Notes: generated by a model not told the origin, from the sequence alone. A stretch of 64,000 bases of DNA from Vicugna vicugna (GCA_013265495.1 MU058781.1:8165009-8229008), one strand, 5' to 3'. Shown: positions 25,570 through 38,639, numbered from the stretch's first letter. Numbers and translations are program-made.

Positions 25570-28500
25570 AGGAGAAGGAGAGAAGTTGGGCTCAGAGTAA
25601 TGTCACTGCCCGGAGTCAGCTTGAGGGGGCCCTGAGAACCAGGCAAGACAGGAGAAATCCTGCTTACCCCGGGCTACCCAGAGCCCTGCAGTGGACACAC
25701 AGCGGGCAGACAGCAAGGGGAGCCAACAGGGCACTGGAACAAGAGGACAGGCGAAGCAATCGTGCCCAGCACTCGGAGGCTCTGCCCGGGAGCTGGGGCC
25801 TCCCCATCCAGGGCCCCCACTGCTGGTGACTCTCCAAAACTCCACATCCACTGCATTCGCCAACATAGACGGAGACTTCTGATTGTCCCTGTCAAGCTGG
25901 CATTGCCGAGAAAACTCATAGCGACACTTTCAAACACAAGTAAAAACCTCTTAATACTCTAAGAAAAGTTAATCTTCTTAAATGACAAGGTGTCTTGGTC
26001 TGGTGCCTGTGTGATGTGACTGAGACTGAACTGAAGCGAATATTGATGGAAACAGGAGGCAACGATTAACACATTCATTAATTCAATTACGGCACAGGGT
26101 AGCTCCTCAATAAATGTTTGTTGTCACTGCTGCCGATGATAATTACAATCCTGTTTATAGATGGGTTGTGATGTATAATCATTTCATAACTATCTGAGCC
26201 CTTATGCCTGGATGAGAACCATCATTATGTGTAAATATTGACTAAGGCTGAGCCTAGCACATGCCATTGAAATTCAAGTTTACAATCTCTCACTAACCAA
26301 CAGCAATGAACTAAACTGGGACCTCTCAGTGTAAACAACTGTTTACATTGATGGTGGAAATGTAGACACGATCCTTAGTCAGGACATCTTGTAGTCATTT
26401 TTCTACATTCTACAGACAATCTGGGTTTATCGGACAGAAATTTTGCAGGAGACTTCTGATATTTCTTCATCGTTCAGTGACTTTTAGGATGTCTAGTGGA
26501 GAAAGTCGTCTCCCTGACTCAGCCTGCTGCACAGGACCGGGAGGAGACTGGGAGGCCAAGAGGTCCTGGAAGTTTCTGTAAGTCTGTGATAGTCCCGGTG
26601 CCATCCACTGGGATTTCCCTGGAAGTAAAGAGGAGGGGTAGCTTTTTCTTTAGGAGACTCTCTTGTCCTCAGAATGACCCCCCCCTCAAAAAAATTCTTT
26701 TTCTAATTGTCCACCAAAACTGGTAGTAACTAAAGTACTAAGCTGAATTTGGTTCCAATCCAGATATCTCCCTGATGTTCAGCAGTAAGTCAAAGACTGA
26801 ACAGATATAGAAAAGAGATTCTTTAAACACTTTCCTCTACCACACCCTTTTTCATAATTTACAGATGGAAGTGATTGATAGGACATTCTTTGTAAGGAAA
26901 TTAGAATAAGGCAGGCAGCAGCTTCAAAAATCAATAAACCCAAACCTCAACTCAGCTTTTGCCACAAGTTACCCTCCATCACCATCCACCCAAACAAATC
27001 AGCTAAGGTGTTTGTGCTGACAGGACCACTGGGAAGCAGCAGCATTTCCTCCACATAGAGCCTGGGGAGCAGGTGAGGAGGATTGGCCCCTTACAGACAC
27101 ACGTGAAGATTAGCACGCAGAGGACAACAGATATGAATCTCTCTTCTGCATTTCTGTATACATACTTTCATTCGGAAGTACCTCTTGAAGAGTAGGGGTA
27201 GAGTAGAAAGCGTTAGGATTATTCAAACAGAAACTCAAGGAGAAGAAGTGTATTTAGCTTTCGGCATTCAAAACTGAGGAACACGACAGAGTGAAAAACA
27301 GGCTTTGCAGAGAAGGGAGAGAGAGAAAGCAAATTTTCTAAATTGTTTTATTGTATCAGGAACCAAGCCCAAGGGCTCAGATCTTAAATTTTTTCTTAGA
27401 ATGTAGATAAGATTCCCCTCTGCTAATGATCGAGGTCTTTACACTTGTTCCCCTTAAGGAGAAAGGAGGGTATGCCACAGAGGAAAGCATACAGATGGAA
27501 GATTCTGAGCTTTTAAGAAAAATCTGAAGGTTGGGTTTTCTAGGAGGGAATCATGGGAGCTTGAGCAACCCTGAGAAAGCAAGTTCCAACATCACTTGGA
27601 TGTAAGGATAACTGCTTCTTATCCTTAGGATGGGGCAGAGCTTTTGAAATGCCCAGAAGGTATGGGAGAGCCAGCCAACTCTGGACTAGTGACACGTTCC
27701 CATGGTGCAGCAGGGAGTGTCGGCAAAGTTTCCCCGCTCCCCACCCAAGGGAGGGGACAGCATCACCAGTGGAAAGGGCATGACAGGGCTTCTGGCATCC
27801 CCCTTCCTGGTGATGTGCCTGGGGATTCCAGAAGAACTCTGTGCCTTGTGTGAGGATGCATAGGGGTATCAGCACGGGCCCTCAAATAGGGAGTTTAAGA
27901 AAAGGAACAAATGGCCCAAAGCAGTGGTGGGTCCTAGCATATCAGCTCCCCAAAAGCTAGATGCAATCAGCCATGTCTCCGTGGCCCTCAAGCCAGGAGC
28001 AGGGAAGGCCAGCGACTCTGTCTTGGAAGACAGTGGGGATACAGATGACCTCACCTCCAGGAGGTCCCAGGCCATCTGTGGGAAGAGCAGACTCAGAGAA
28101 GGGAAATCTGAGAGACCCAAAGAGGCAGAGGCCACCCCAAACATCAAACTAGTTTCGTGGAATTTTACTAAAAGGAGGAACCCCCTCTCCTCCCCACCTC
28201 CACTACCCAGCAGACAGGGGCTTGTGACAAGGTAGGAACAACAGAGAGATCATCTTTCCTTGGGGCAGAGGAGTGTAGCAGGAGCAGATTTGTGACTTGG
28301 GTCCAGGAGCTTCAAGGAAAGTGGAAATCAGCTACATGTGTAAATGGACAATTCTGAAATTTGGGAAAAGTTGCTGTTAACTGACTTCAAGAGCTTAAAA
28401 TTTCATTCAGTGTTATTTTGTATTGTGCTTTGGTGTCATACTGTCTTATATGTTCATGGATAATCTATAGATTTCTATGTTTTAAAATTTTTCAAGCTGA

Positions 28501-29994
28501 TGAGCATATGTGGAGGGAGATTTCATCTCCTTCTTCCGACCATGTCTAGGTCATCCAGACACGCACCTCCTCTGGGGCAGCTCAGAGGAGCTCTCCCCCC
28601 GACCCAGGAAGAAAGCAGGAAGGGAATCTCGGCTTATGTGGTGGGGCTGGGCGGGAGAGAGGAGGAACCCGGGGGTCCATGGGCAAGGGGCTGGAGAGAG
28701 GGGATCTCCTCCTCTCTCCTCCCAAAGTCCGGGAGGGAGGCAGCCATGCAGGTGGCTGCGGGAAGAAAGGGTGAAGGCGCCTGTGTGTGGCATGGGGACT
28801 AGATAGAGCCACCTGAATGTTCTAGAAGCCACTTCCTATTCTCTGGCCAAGAGACATTGTGGATTATGAAGCTGTAGTGCACATCTTAACTGGGAACTGT
28901 GTGTGAGAGGGAGAGACAGACACTGAGAACAGTAAGACTGGCGGGTAGAGTATTTCCTGGGGATGGACGTCCTGTCTCTCCTTCCAACGTGAAAGGCAAG
29001 GTCACGAGGTTACACAACACCAAGAATCGCTCCAAATACATTTTAAAATGTTCATCTGAATCTCTTATTGTAATTTGGAGCAATTCCCATGGCTAAGTAA
29101 ACAGACTTTAAGCAGAGTCATTTGTCTGTGTGGATGTGTCTGTTTACAGCTACCACGCTCCCCTCAAATTAAAATACATTGGAAAATGGGGGAGGAATGG
29201 ATCGGGGGTGTGGGAAAGAACATAGCAACATCTTCAGTTCCTGGAACCACAGTCCCCAGCTCGCCAGCGAGACCTTGGACTGCACACAGGGTTCTGAATG
29301 TTGAGTCTGGACAAACTTCTCCACTCCCAGTGTCTCCACTGCCTTTCATCTTGCTCCTGAATCTCAGAACGAACAAGTATTAAGAGACATGCAAGTAGCC
29401 AAGTGGAGAAGGAGTGATCATTGCAAAGAATTATCTTGAGGTTTTCAGAAAGGAAAGAATGTTTATGGTTGTGAGCGAGCATCTGATTTAACTGCTTTTC
29501 ATGAAAGTGGATCTTCACACTGACCCCGCTCCAAAAAGACATCCCCTCTCTGGGACAGTGGGGAGTAGGAGGACTAACTGCCTAAAACTGTCAGCTACCT
29601 AATTCAGCATAAACTCATTTCAGCCTGAAATCTTGACAACAGAGAGAGAGAAACAATATTTTCTCCTTTAATCTGGTGAGAATAAACAGGGAGAACAGGT
29701 GTGGGGGGCCATGCGTTTTGTGCTGTGCCTTTGAAAAGAGAACAAAACAGTGTCCAGAGATAAACTGACATTTTCTGAAGTGAGTTTTCTTACAAATTCT
29801 TAAGGAAATGTTGCCACCTTCTGGGCAAAAGCAGAGTAGGCAGTCGCCACAACCTTGCCATCCAGCCTGTTTGTAAACTCAGCTCCGTGGGTTAAAAAGG
29901 AGGGTTTTGGCTTCCTTTGGCTTCCTTTCTTTTCTGTCATTATGCCTGCGTGACATTGATATACTAACGAAGGTCCCTATAAGAGCACTAATCA

Positions 29995-30666
29995 CTCAGC
30001 CATAAAAAAGAATAAAATAATGCCATTTGCAGCAACATGGATGGACCTGGAGATCGTCATTCTAAGTGTGGTAAGCCAGAAAGAGAAAGAAAAGTACTAT
30101 ATGATATCACTCATATGTGGAATGTAAAGAAAGAAGAAAGAAAATCTTGATGAACTCAGCTAAAAAACAGAAAGACTCACATAGGAAACACACTTATGAT
30201 TGCCCCGGGGAAAGGGAGTGGGAAGGGATAAATTGGGAGTTCAAGATTTGCAGATACTAACTTTGTAAAATAAATAAAAGGGAGGAGAGTATAGCTCAGT
30301 GGTAGAGTGTGTGTTTAGCATGCACAAGGTCCTGGGTTCAATCCCCACTACCTCCATTAAAAATAAATAAACCTAGTTATCTCCCCCCCAAATAAACAAG
30401 AAAAAAGAAAAAAATAGATAAATGAATTTCTATTGTATAGCACAGGGAACTATATTCAATATCTCATAGTAACCTATAATGAAAAAGAATATGAAATCCA
30501 GTACATGTGTGTATATGTATAACTGAAGCCCTATGACATGCACCAGAAATTGACACTACATTGTAAACTGACTATGCTACAATAAAATCATACTCCTTAT
30601 CTTGAAATATATGTATTTATAACTGACATAACAAACAAAAAATAAAAAACATTAAAAGGTTTTTTA
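29995..30666 (+). mobile_element. 5'-truncated lineage-specific L1 with target-site duplication
   Basis: ctcagccataaaaaagaataaaataatgccatttgcagcaacatggatggacctggagat... to an A-rich tail; TSD aagagcactaatca (29981-29994) / aaaagcactaatca (30667-30680). Confidence 0.9.
30280..30413 (+). mobile_element. Camelid tRNA-derived SINE (Vic-1 type) nested in L1
   Basis: gggaggagagtatagctcagtggtagag...ggtcctgggttcaatcccc...aaataaacctagttatctcccc plus A-rich tail; flanked by aaaataaataaa / aaaatagataaa. Confidence 0.9.
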
Positions 30667-32552
30667 AAAAGCACTAATCATGCATAATAGAATAGAAAGC
30701 CCATTTCACCAATGAAGCAGATTCTTTGAAGAAAGGATAATCAATCACACTGACAAAATTTGCCAGATTTTTTCAGCCTCATTCAGACTCCTTAACTCTA
30801 ACAGGGCTTGAATAGATTCTCAGTCTAGTTTTCTATTTAGTTTTTTTTTTAATGAATACTTATTTCTCTTTCCAAAGTGGGTTCGAGTTTGCCTAGCTTA
30901 TATGGTCTTGAATTTGATTTTTTTCCAATATATTTTTGTATTTTAAAGTCATATATTTTGAGCATAAAAAAGTGAAATGCAGCTGCTCGTATCCTGAGTT
31001 ATAAAATGTTTATGTCCCTTTCTCTTTGGAGTGTGACCCCTCCCACTAGTCAAGGCTCGCTACAAACGTGTTGTCAATAAATAAAGCAATTAAGTGGCCA
31101 TGTTTATTTATTTGAACACCTATGTGTTTGTCCCTCTGCAGAAAAATTAAAATCAAAGAAGGGAGCAGCGCACCAACTCAGGACACACCACTACTCCCCA
31201 AAGCTGGGAGCCATCTTTCTGCCGCTTGAGTCTCTAACGTGAAGAAGTCTGAAAGTCTAGAAAGGTTACTTCTCAGTTGATTGACCACAACACAGAGGAC
31301 ACACCGTCCTGCTCTTCTCAGCCCTGTAACTGCAGGTTTACAGTAAACCCGCTACCCCTACTTTGTGCAGAACCTGGCAGAGAGGTTAAGGAAAGGTGAT
31401 TCTGTTTCTCTCAGAAACTACTCATCTCTGTGAAGACGTGATTGACAGTGGTTGATGGTGATTGACAACCCTGCCCACCTGGGACGAGTTGCCTGTATTT
31501 ATACTGGGGACACCTGCGGGGAGGCCCACACTCACTGAGCATGTCCCAAATGCTGCTGGTGGACCATCCTCTGGTCCTCTTTTCCCTAACGCTCAGGGCA
31601 GATGTCCAGGAGCCCGGTCTCCGCATCCTAAAGTGGCAACCCTGTGCTGGAATGTCGCCTGCTTCTTCTAGGATCAGTCTCTGGTTGGAGGCAGCAGCAA
31701 GTTCCTCTTCACCTTTGTGGACGAGGTAAGTGCAAGGGAAGGAGAAGAGGCAAATTTCTTTGCCCAACGGGCATCAGTTCTTTGTGTCGTCCACCGGACT
31801 CTCGCTGAGATGATTACAGCAAATGTCACCTGCGAGGCCAGTGATCAGGTTTTGCATGATGACAGGTGCCCTGGGAATGGTAGGATGTGCACAGGGAGGA
31901 GAGGGGGAAGACTCATTGTTGGGGGGAGCGTGAGGGGAGGGGAACTCGGCCTCTGCCTGCCTCCATATAAATCTCAAATTACGAGCTGCAGAGCTGACTT
32001 TTAAAAGCACTACCTCAAAGGCTGCCTAGCAGCCTTTCAGTGGCCGTAGCCTCGCACAGGGGCCTCGAGTGACTGCGTGGAAAAGCACAAAGAGAACGAA
32101 AAGGGGAAATAGGAAAAAAAGAAGTGTTCTTAGAAATCATGATTTGAATTGGGAAGTCCCTGGTGCAGAAATGTCTTTGGTGCTGGTGATCACCTGGGCC
32201 TGCAAGTGCTAAGTTAATTCAGTGTCCTGCAGACACCCGGGGGGCTGAGAATCCAGGAACAAATGCATTAATCAAGGCAGGGCCTGTGTGCCAAGGTGCA
32301 GAAAGACCACTGCTCCCAGCAGCAGCGATCGCGTGGACCTAGCTGTAGACCACATGCGCACAAGTCGCTCTGAAGTCTCATTACTGAGTGTGTATGTGGG
32401 GTTGGGGGGGTGGTGATTGTATCTGACTTTCTCTGAAATGTGCATTTAGAAATAGATGCATTTACGCTTAGTTTTATTTAAAAAAAAAAAAAAGGAGAAG
32501 GGGGAATCTTTGGACCACAGTCGTTACTGATGAAACAAACACATGGACATTG

Positions 32553-32597
32553 GTACGTACACACACACACACACACACACGCACGCACGCATGCACA
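32553..32597. repeat. (CA)n/(GCAC)n microsatellite
   Basis: gtacgt(ac)n gcacgcacgcatgcaca; 45 bp of purine/pyrimidine alternation. Confidence 0.9.
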
Positions 32598-32599
32598 AA

Positions 32600-32870
32600 A
32601 GCTTTCAGGGAGAAACAGAAAATAATGTTTAGCAATTACGGTCCACAGCTGCTGCCGTTCCAATGTGCGCGTGCTACGCAGGTGCGGCCATTATAACAAT
32701 GAATAGCACGCATTAAAGGTGCCATCCGTAGGGGTAATAATACTAGGGTTGAAAAGGTATTTTCATTTGCAGCCTGATGTTAGGCGGAAAATAAAATAAG
32801 GCGTTTCACAGCCAGCCTGATGGCTCAGCTGCCGCACAGGAGGCCCAAGTCTGAGATTAATCTAGGACAC
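32600..32870. promoter_or_regulatory. Candidate enhancer / conserved non-coding element
   Basis: Unique, CpG-retaining sequence; SOX AACAATG, homeodomain CCATTATAA/CATTAA/CAATTA, E-boxes CAGCTG (twice) and CAGGTG, palindrome AGATTAATCT. Confidence 0.45.
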
Positions 32871-33439
32871 TTATGGGAGGCTCTGGCAGCGGGAACCTGG
32901 CAGTGGGTATCTGGAGACACCACCAAATCTCTCCCTATTCTTCAAGAAGGCTGCTGACTGGGGAAACTGAGGCACCCCGCCGTGTACAGAGTAGCAGCAT
33001 CAGCCAGTGGGAGACCTATACCTGCCTACCACCTGCTCGTCTCTGGATACTGGAAATACTATTGGGAATAAAAACCGAGAAAGGGTCCCAATGGATGGAG
33101 GAGTAGAATGGCTCCCGCAGGGGAGGAGGTGTGGGGGGGTTCCTCCTCCTCAGGCTTTGTCTCTGAGTGAGGTCATCACTGCCCCACCCCCACCCCCCGC
33201 TCATCACAGAAATGCCCTTCCCAGGGCTGGGGTCTCAGCCAAACACAGCTAACCTGCTTTACTCACTTTTCCTTGTAAATGCCCAGCAGCAAACGGGCAC
33301 AGGAGCTCACCGTGGTCACTTGCTAGATCTTCTCAAATCTCGAAGCTCTCCAATCTCAGTGAAAAAAATGAATCTTCAGGCAACCAGGACATTCCTGCAG
33401 ATTGACAGTAGGAAGAAGCTAGGGGAGGGAGAGCCAGGT

Positions 33440-33670
33440 GGTGATGAGAGAGTGAGATTTAGAGTCAGAGGATAAAAGACTAAATCTCAGTGCCACCACC
33501 GGCCAGCTCGGTGCCCTTGGGCAAACCATGTCACCTCCCGGAATGTCTATAAAGTGGATGTGTTAGTACCTGCCCCGGAGGGTTGTGATGAGGGCCCAGT
33601 GAGACCAAGTATGTAGAAACTCTTAACAACAAGCCTAGAACTCAGTAGGTGATAAATAAATGGTAGAGAT
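33440..33670 (+). mobile_element. MIR SINE
   Basis: tttagagtcaga...ccttgggcaaaccatgtcacctc...tctataaagtgga...tagtacctgcc...gggttgtgatgagg. Confidence 0.6.
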
Positions 33671-33848
33671 GATTTGAATAGCTTCCATTTCTTGATATTT
33701 ATTTTCCTGAGTGGGTCTGTGAATAACCTCTAAGTATATCTAGGTAAGAAATGGAAATATGTGTCAAGAAAGGAGGAAAAAAAATACCAGTATGCATATT
33801 CCTCAGTACCATAGAGTCAGCTTCAGACCCAAAATGCCAGCTGTTTAA

Positions 33849-33921
33849 AATATATATATCTATATTCATATGTGTGTATGTATATATATATATATATGAT
33901 ACACACACACACACACACACA
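33849..33921. repeat. Compound (TA)n/(CA)n microsatellite
   Basis: atatatatatc...tatatatatatatatg atacacacacacacacacacaca. Confidence 0.9.
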
Positions 33922-35009
33922 AAGCTCTGCAGAACATTTGTTTTCATCTTGTCTACTTTAACGGGGGTGAACGCAAGCAATAAAACAAATACTAGTGCAG
34001 GCTGCATTTTAAAGGCTCGGAGTCCATCAGATCCAGATGGGCGCTGGCCTGGCTGCTATGAACTGGGCTGGCTTTCCCGGTGCCCAGAGGATAAGCTGCC
34101 CACAGCTCAGTCGTCTGGAAGCCTCCGGCTGGGCCGGGGGAGGAACGGGGGACACGGTGACATGTGACCCTCGGCAGGCTGAGAGCGGTTCCAGGGAATG
34201 GGATAGGCCCCGGTTCACCAAGGAAGGCAGGAACATGGCCCTTTTTAGAGGCCTTAAAAGTGAGGAGAGGATTATAATTAATTTGGAGCATCCCAGGAAG
34301 CCTGCATAATGAAAACAAAACTCTCAGTTGCAGTGCTGGCTGGCACACTCTGGGTCTGGAAGAGCTCACACAGCAGAGCTCTAGACAGTTGGTTGAAGCC
34401 AGCTGGGCGGATCAAGAACAAAACTACAGTGGTGGTGATGGTGATGGTGGTGACGGCGGTAGTGGTGGGGAAAAAGTCACGCTGTTGTGGACCACAGATC
34501 CCTGAGGCACATTGGCAGCGTTCTCATTCGTTCATTGATTGATTCAGCAAAAGTTGAGGATCACATGGTATGAAGGGCAGTAAGTCCATAAGACACCAGG
34601 CCCCATGTTGAAGAAGCCGACAGTCTGGACGCAGAGACAAGAATGTGTACACGTGACTGATAAGAGTGTACGTGAGAATATTCAGCAGAGGAAGAAGGGG
34701 ATGCTGGGGGAGCACTTAAGGGGGTGCCTCATCCGGACCGGGGGTTCAGGAGAGGTTTTTAAGAGGCTCTGATAACTGGGTGGAAACTAGACAGGGCAAG
34801 AGGGAGGTGTGGAGGCAGGATGCCCAGAGGCCCACAGGGAGCCTCCCCGCCGTTCTGCAGCCTCATAACCAGGCTGGACTGAGAAGCAGGAGGAAGGGGA
34901 GAAGCTGCGGTGTCAGGAGCTGGTCCAGCCCTGCGGTGTGTCTACCGAGGAGGGTGGGGGAGCAGGGAGATCCTTGCACCAAAGTTGTTAAGATGAAACA
35001 CGCACACCC

Positions 35010-35469
35010 AGGGGTAGCCAGACTTCAGGATGGCCACCGACAGGTCCCACCTCCCAGTACGCGCACTTTGGGGTTACCCCTTCACACACTGGAGCAGACT
35101 GGGTCTGTGTGCTCCCTGGAACATGCCAGAAGTACCGGCATGTCACTTCTGAGATTAGGTTATAGAAGACATTGCAGCTTTGCTGTCTCAGATCACCCCC
35201 TGGGGGGAAGCCAGCTGCTCTGCCTTAAAGGAGCCCTGTGAAGATACCCGCAGGGCAGCCATCGGAGGCCTTGGCAGTGAGCTTGGAGGCAATTGCTTCA
35301 GCCCCAGTCAGTCTTCAGATGACTGCAGCCTCGTAAGACACCAGGAGCCCGAAGCCCCAGCTCAGGTGTGTTTCTGACCCTTGGTAACTGCATGAGGTGG
35401 TAAATGCCTGCTGTTTGAAGCAGCTAAGTTTGGGGCTAATTTACTACGTAGCAACAGAGAGCTAATATA
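35010..35469 (+). mobile_element. MaLR solo LTR (MLT1F-like)
   Basis: gggtagccagacttcaggatggcc...tgtcacttctgagattaggttata...ggggaagccagctgc...cagccccagtcagtcttcagatgactgcagcc...ctaagtttggggctaattt...gcaacagagagctaatata. Confidence 0.8.
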
Positions 35470-35605
35470 TCTGATAACATGGAAAAAAAACACATACACA
35501 TTACTATGTGAAAGAGCAAGTTACGAGGAAAACATAGGTTTAATATGACCCCACTTTTCATACACTACAGACTGGTACGTTGCATTTATAATAAAGTTTA
35601 AAAAC

Positions 35606-35948
35606 TTTTTAATTGAAGCATAGTTGACTTACAGTGTTAGTTTCTGGTGTACAACAAAGTGATTTGGTTATACATAGACATTTTTTTCAGATTCTTTTCC
35701 ATTATAGTTTATTACAAGCTATTGAATATAGTTCCCTGTGCTTTATTTTCTACATAGTAGTTTGTATCTGCTAATCCCAAACTCCTAATTATGACTCCCA
35801 CTTCCCCTTCCCCCTTTGGTAACCATAAGTTTGTTTCCTATGTCTATGTGTCTGTTTCTGTTTTGTAAATAAGTTTATTTGGATCATTTTTGTACATTCC
35901 ACATGTAAGTGATAGCATAGGATATTTGTCTTTCTCTTGTCTGACTTA
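35606..35948 (-). mobile_element. L1 3' end (5'-truncated)
   Basis: ttttaattgaagcatagttgacttacagtgttagtttctggtgtaca...gaatatagttccctgtgct...cccctttggtaaccataagtttgtttcctatgtc. Confidence 0.85.
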
Positions 35949-36213
35949 GTTTCTTTTTTTATTCATCTTTATATCAAATGAACCCCTGGAGTCATTTTTT
36001 AAATCTAAATCTCCATGGTAATCTCAATTAAGGCTCATAGACAGCATGAAAAAACCAATCACTAGAGGCATTTGAAAATTACGGGCTAACTCTTTGGTGT
36101 GTTGTTAAGCTTCCGAGAAGCCCTGCTCACCTGTGCAGCACCTCAGGTGCAGGTGGAGGCCTGATGTGCAGGTGGGGAGTGGGAAGGAAGCCGCTTCTCA
36201 AAAATATGAAAAG

Positions 36214-36281
36214 GTATATATATAAAGATATATATATACACACACACACACACACATACACATACACACACACACACACAT
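36214..36281. repeat. Compound (TA)n/(CA)n microsatellite
   Basis: tatatatata...tatatatata(ca)n with ta interruptions. Confidence 0.9.
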
Positions 36282-36919
36282 TATAGGCCATTACAAGATA
36301 TTGATATAGTTTCCTGCATTTTTGCTTCTCGAATGCTGGCTGTTTCTGGGAGGAGGTGTGCAGCCTGACCTCAGGGCAGAGCCCTCTGACACTGCTTGCA
36401 GACACTTCCTGGCACTTCCTGCCTATGCTGTGACCTTTGCCAATGACCTGGTTAACCAAGTTCTCAGGGCATCTAGGACTGACTGCCTCCTTGTTAAAAA
36501 GGTCCATTGTAGGTTATTCAATTTTTGGTTTCAAACAGTTTATCAAAATCCCTCCTACAAAGCAGATGTAGCCACAGGCTGCTGCTTTCCCACCTATCAG
36601 TGCTCGCTAGGAAGGTGTCACTGCTTGTTGGTCGTTGTGATGAACTCTGTGAGAAGCTATTTAGCCACTTGCACTGGCGTGATTCATGGCCTCAGTAGGA
36701 TAAGCATGTGGTTGGTTGGTTGGTTGGTTTTTTTCATTTAAAGATATTAAGACTTAACTCATTAATATTTATTCTGAGGAGGGTGGGGATACTTCCATAC
36801 TTTTTTTAGATATCCTGTGTTTAGTAACTTAAAGTTTAATGCCTGAGTTTCTCCCAAATATGGCGAAGAAATTGTAGATTTACGAATAAGCATTAAAAAA
36901 TTTGATGACAAAATAAATC

Positions 36920-37095
36920 ACTGGTGTATTGCAAAGAGCATGGATTTTAGAGTCAGACAGACCTGAGTTTAAATCCCAGATCTCCCATCTGTTATTATCT
37001 GAACTCTCTGGGCCTCAGTTTTCTCATCTGGACAAGGGGGACACGTGCCTTCTCTCCACCTCCCAGGTTATCACTAGGAGACCCCTATAATGAAT
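36920..37095 (+). mobile_element. MIR SINE
   Basis: aagagcatggattttagagtcagacagacctgagtttaaatcccag...ctctctgggcctcagttttctcatctg. Confidence 0.75.
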
Positions 37096-37119
37096 GCCAT
37101 TTGACTGCAGATGAGTATT

Positions 37120-37853
37120 CTTTTTTTTCACTTTGCAGAACTGTCCTGTGAATTTTTTTTTTATGGTTGATTTACAGTGTTGTGTTCCAGGTGGACAGCA
37201 AAGTGATTCAGTTACACATAATATTCTTTTTTGATTCTTTTCCACATATAGATTATTGCAAGATATTGAATATAGTTCCCTGTGCTATACAAGTAGGTCC
37301 TTGTTGTTTATTTTACATATGGTAATGTGTATATGTTAGTCCCAAACTCCTAATTTATCCCTTTCCTCACCACCCTTTTCCCCTTGGGTAACCATAGTTT
37401 GTTTCCTATGTCTATAAGTCTATTTCTGGCTTGTAAATAATTTAATTTGTATAATTTTTTAGATTCCACATATAAATGATATCATAGGATATTTGTCTTT
37501 CTCTGTCTGACTTCACTTAGTATCATCATCCCTAGGTCCATCTGTTGCTGCAAATGTCAAGTTTCATTCTTTTTTATGGCTCTGTAATATTCCATTGTAT
37601 GTATGTGTGTTTATTCATCTGTCGATGGACATTTAGGTTGCTTCCATGTCTTGACTAATGTAAATTGTGCAGCTGTGAACATTGGGGTGCGTGTATCTTT
37701 TTGAGTTAGAGCCTTCTTGGATATATATCCTAGGAGTGGGATTGCTACATCACATGGTAACTCTATTTTTAGTTTTTTAAGGAACCTCCATATTGTCTCC
37801 ATCGTGGCTGCACCAACTTACATTCTCACCAGTAGTGCAGGAGGGTTCGTTTT
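37120..37853 (-). mobile_element. 5'-truncated L1 with TSD and short 3' transduction
   Basis: ORF2 C-terminal peptide METIWRFLKKLKIELP...WKQPKCPSTDE; TSD tgcagatgagtatt (37106-37119) / tgcagatgagtttt (37854-37867), the latter followed by t/aa. Confidence 0.88.
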
Positions 37854-38639
37854 TGCAGATGAGTTTTTAAGACCAGACACTTGACTTACCTTGGTTTCCC
37901 TAGTGCAGGCCAGGCATAGAATAAGAGTTCAAAACGTTTGCTGACTTGAATTAAATTGGTGCTGGACCACTGGGAGGTTGTGAGTTCATTTTCTCCCACT
38001 TAAGTGATGGTGATGGATTTTCCTGCCAAGGAGACTTACAACAAACAGGACTTCAGGGTCCCACTAGAAAAACAGAAGAATGGCTCCAGAGAGGGTCCTC
38101 AGGATGGTCCAGAAGTAATTCCAAATTGCTAGTGACAGAGTGAAATACTAGGTTCATTTGTTTACATAAACCTTTGCCAGCGGGGAATTCAACACCCAGA
38201 AGTGCATATTCAGAAGGGCTGCATGTGCCTGGACAAAAGTGCCGCTCAGCTGCAAAAGGTTTTGGCACCACAGCCAGGAGCAAATAAGGCGTTACAGGGC
38301 CTTTTGCCCTGACGGCATTCAAGAACCTGAGATTTCAGTTCTGGCATTAGCCCCTCAACCAACCCCTGAGACCATGGGAAGGTCACATAATCTCCTTGTC
38401 ATTTAGCTTCCCCAAGAAGGGTATCTCTGGGTCAGTGGAGTAAGCATTATTACTCTCATTTTTAACTTGGGGAAAGCCATGTTACTATGAAGTGATTTAC
38501 CACACCCAGAATCCCTTCCCGAAACAGCAAATAGGGCTTGGGCCCCTGGGGACAAGACAGACATTTTTTAATTTTAATTTTCAAATAAGTAGTACATTCA
38601 TGGTATTCAAAGCTATAAAAGTGTGTGTGTTTATGTGTA

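Noticed and set aside
27480..28330. Possible ancient LTR or coding exon (103-aa ORF 27924-28235)
   Set aside because: Could not match it to any repeat or protein family from the sequence alone
31920..31990. TATA-box promoter (G-rich boxes followed by CCATATAAAT)
   Set aside because: No CpG island, downstream exon or other support; the motif is common by chance
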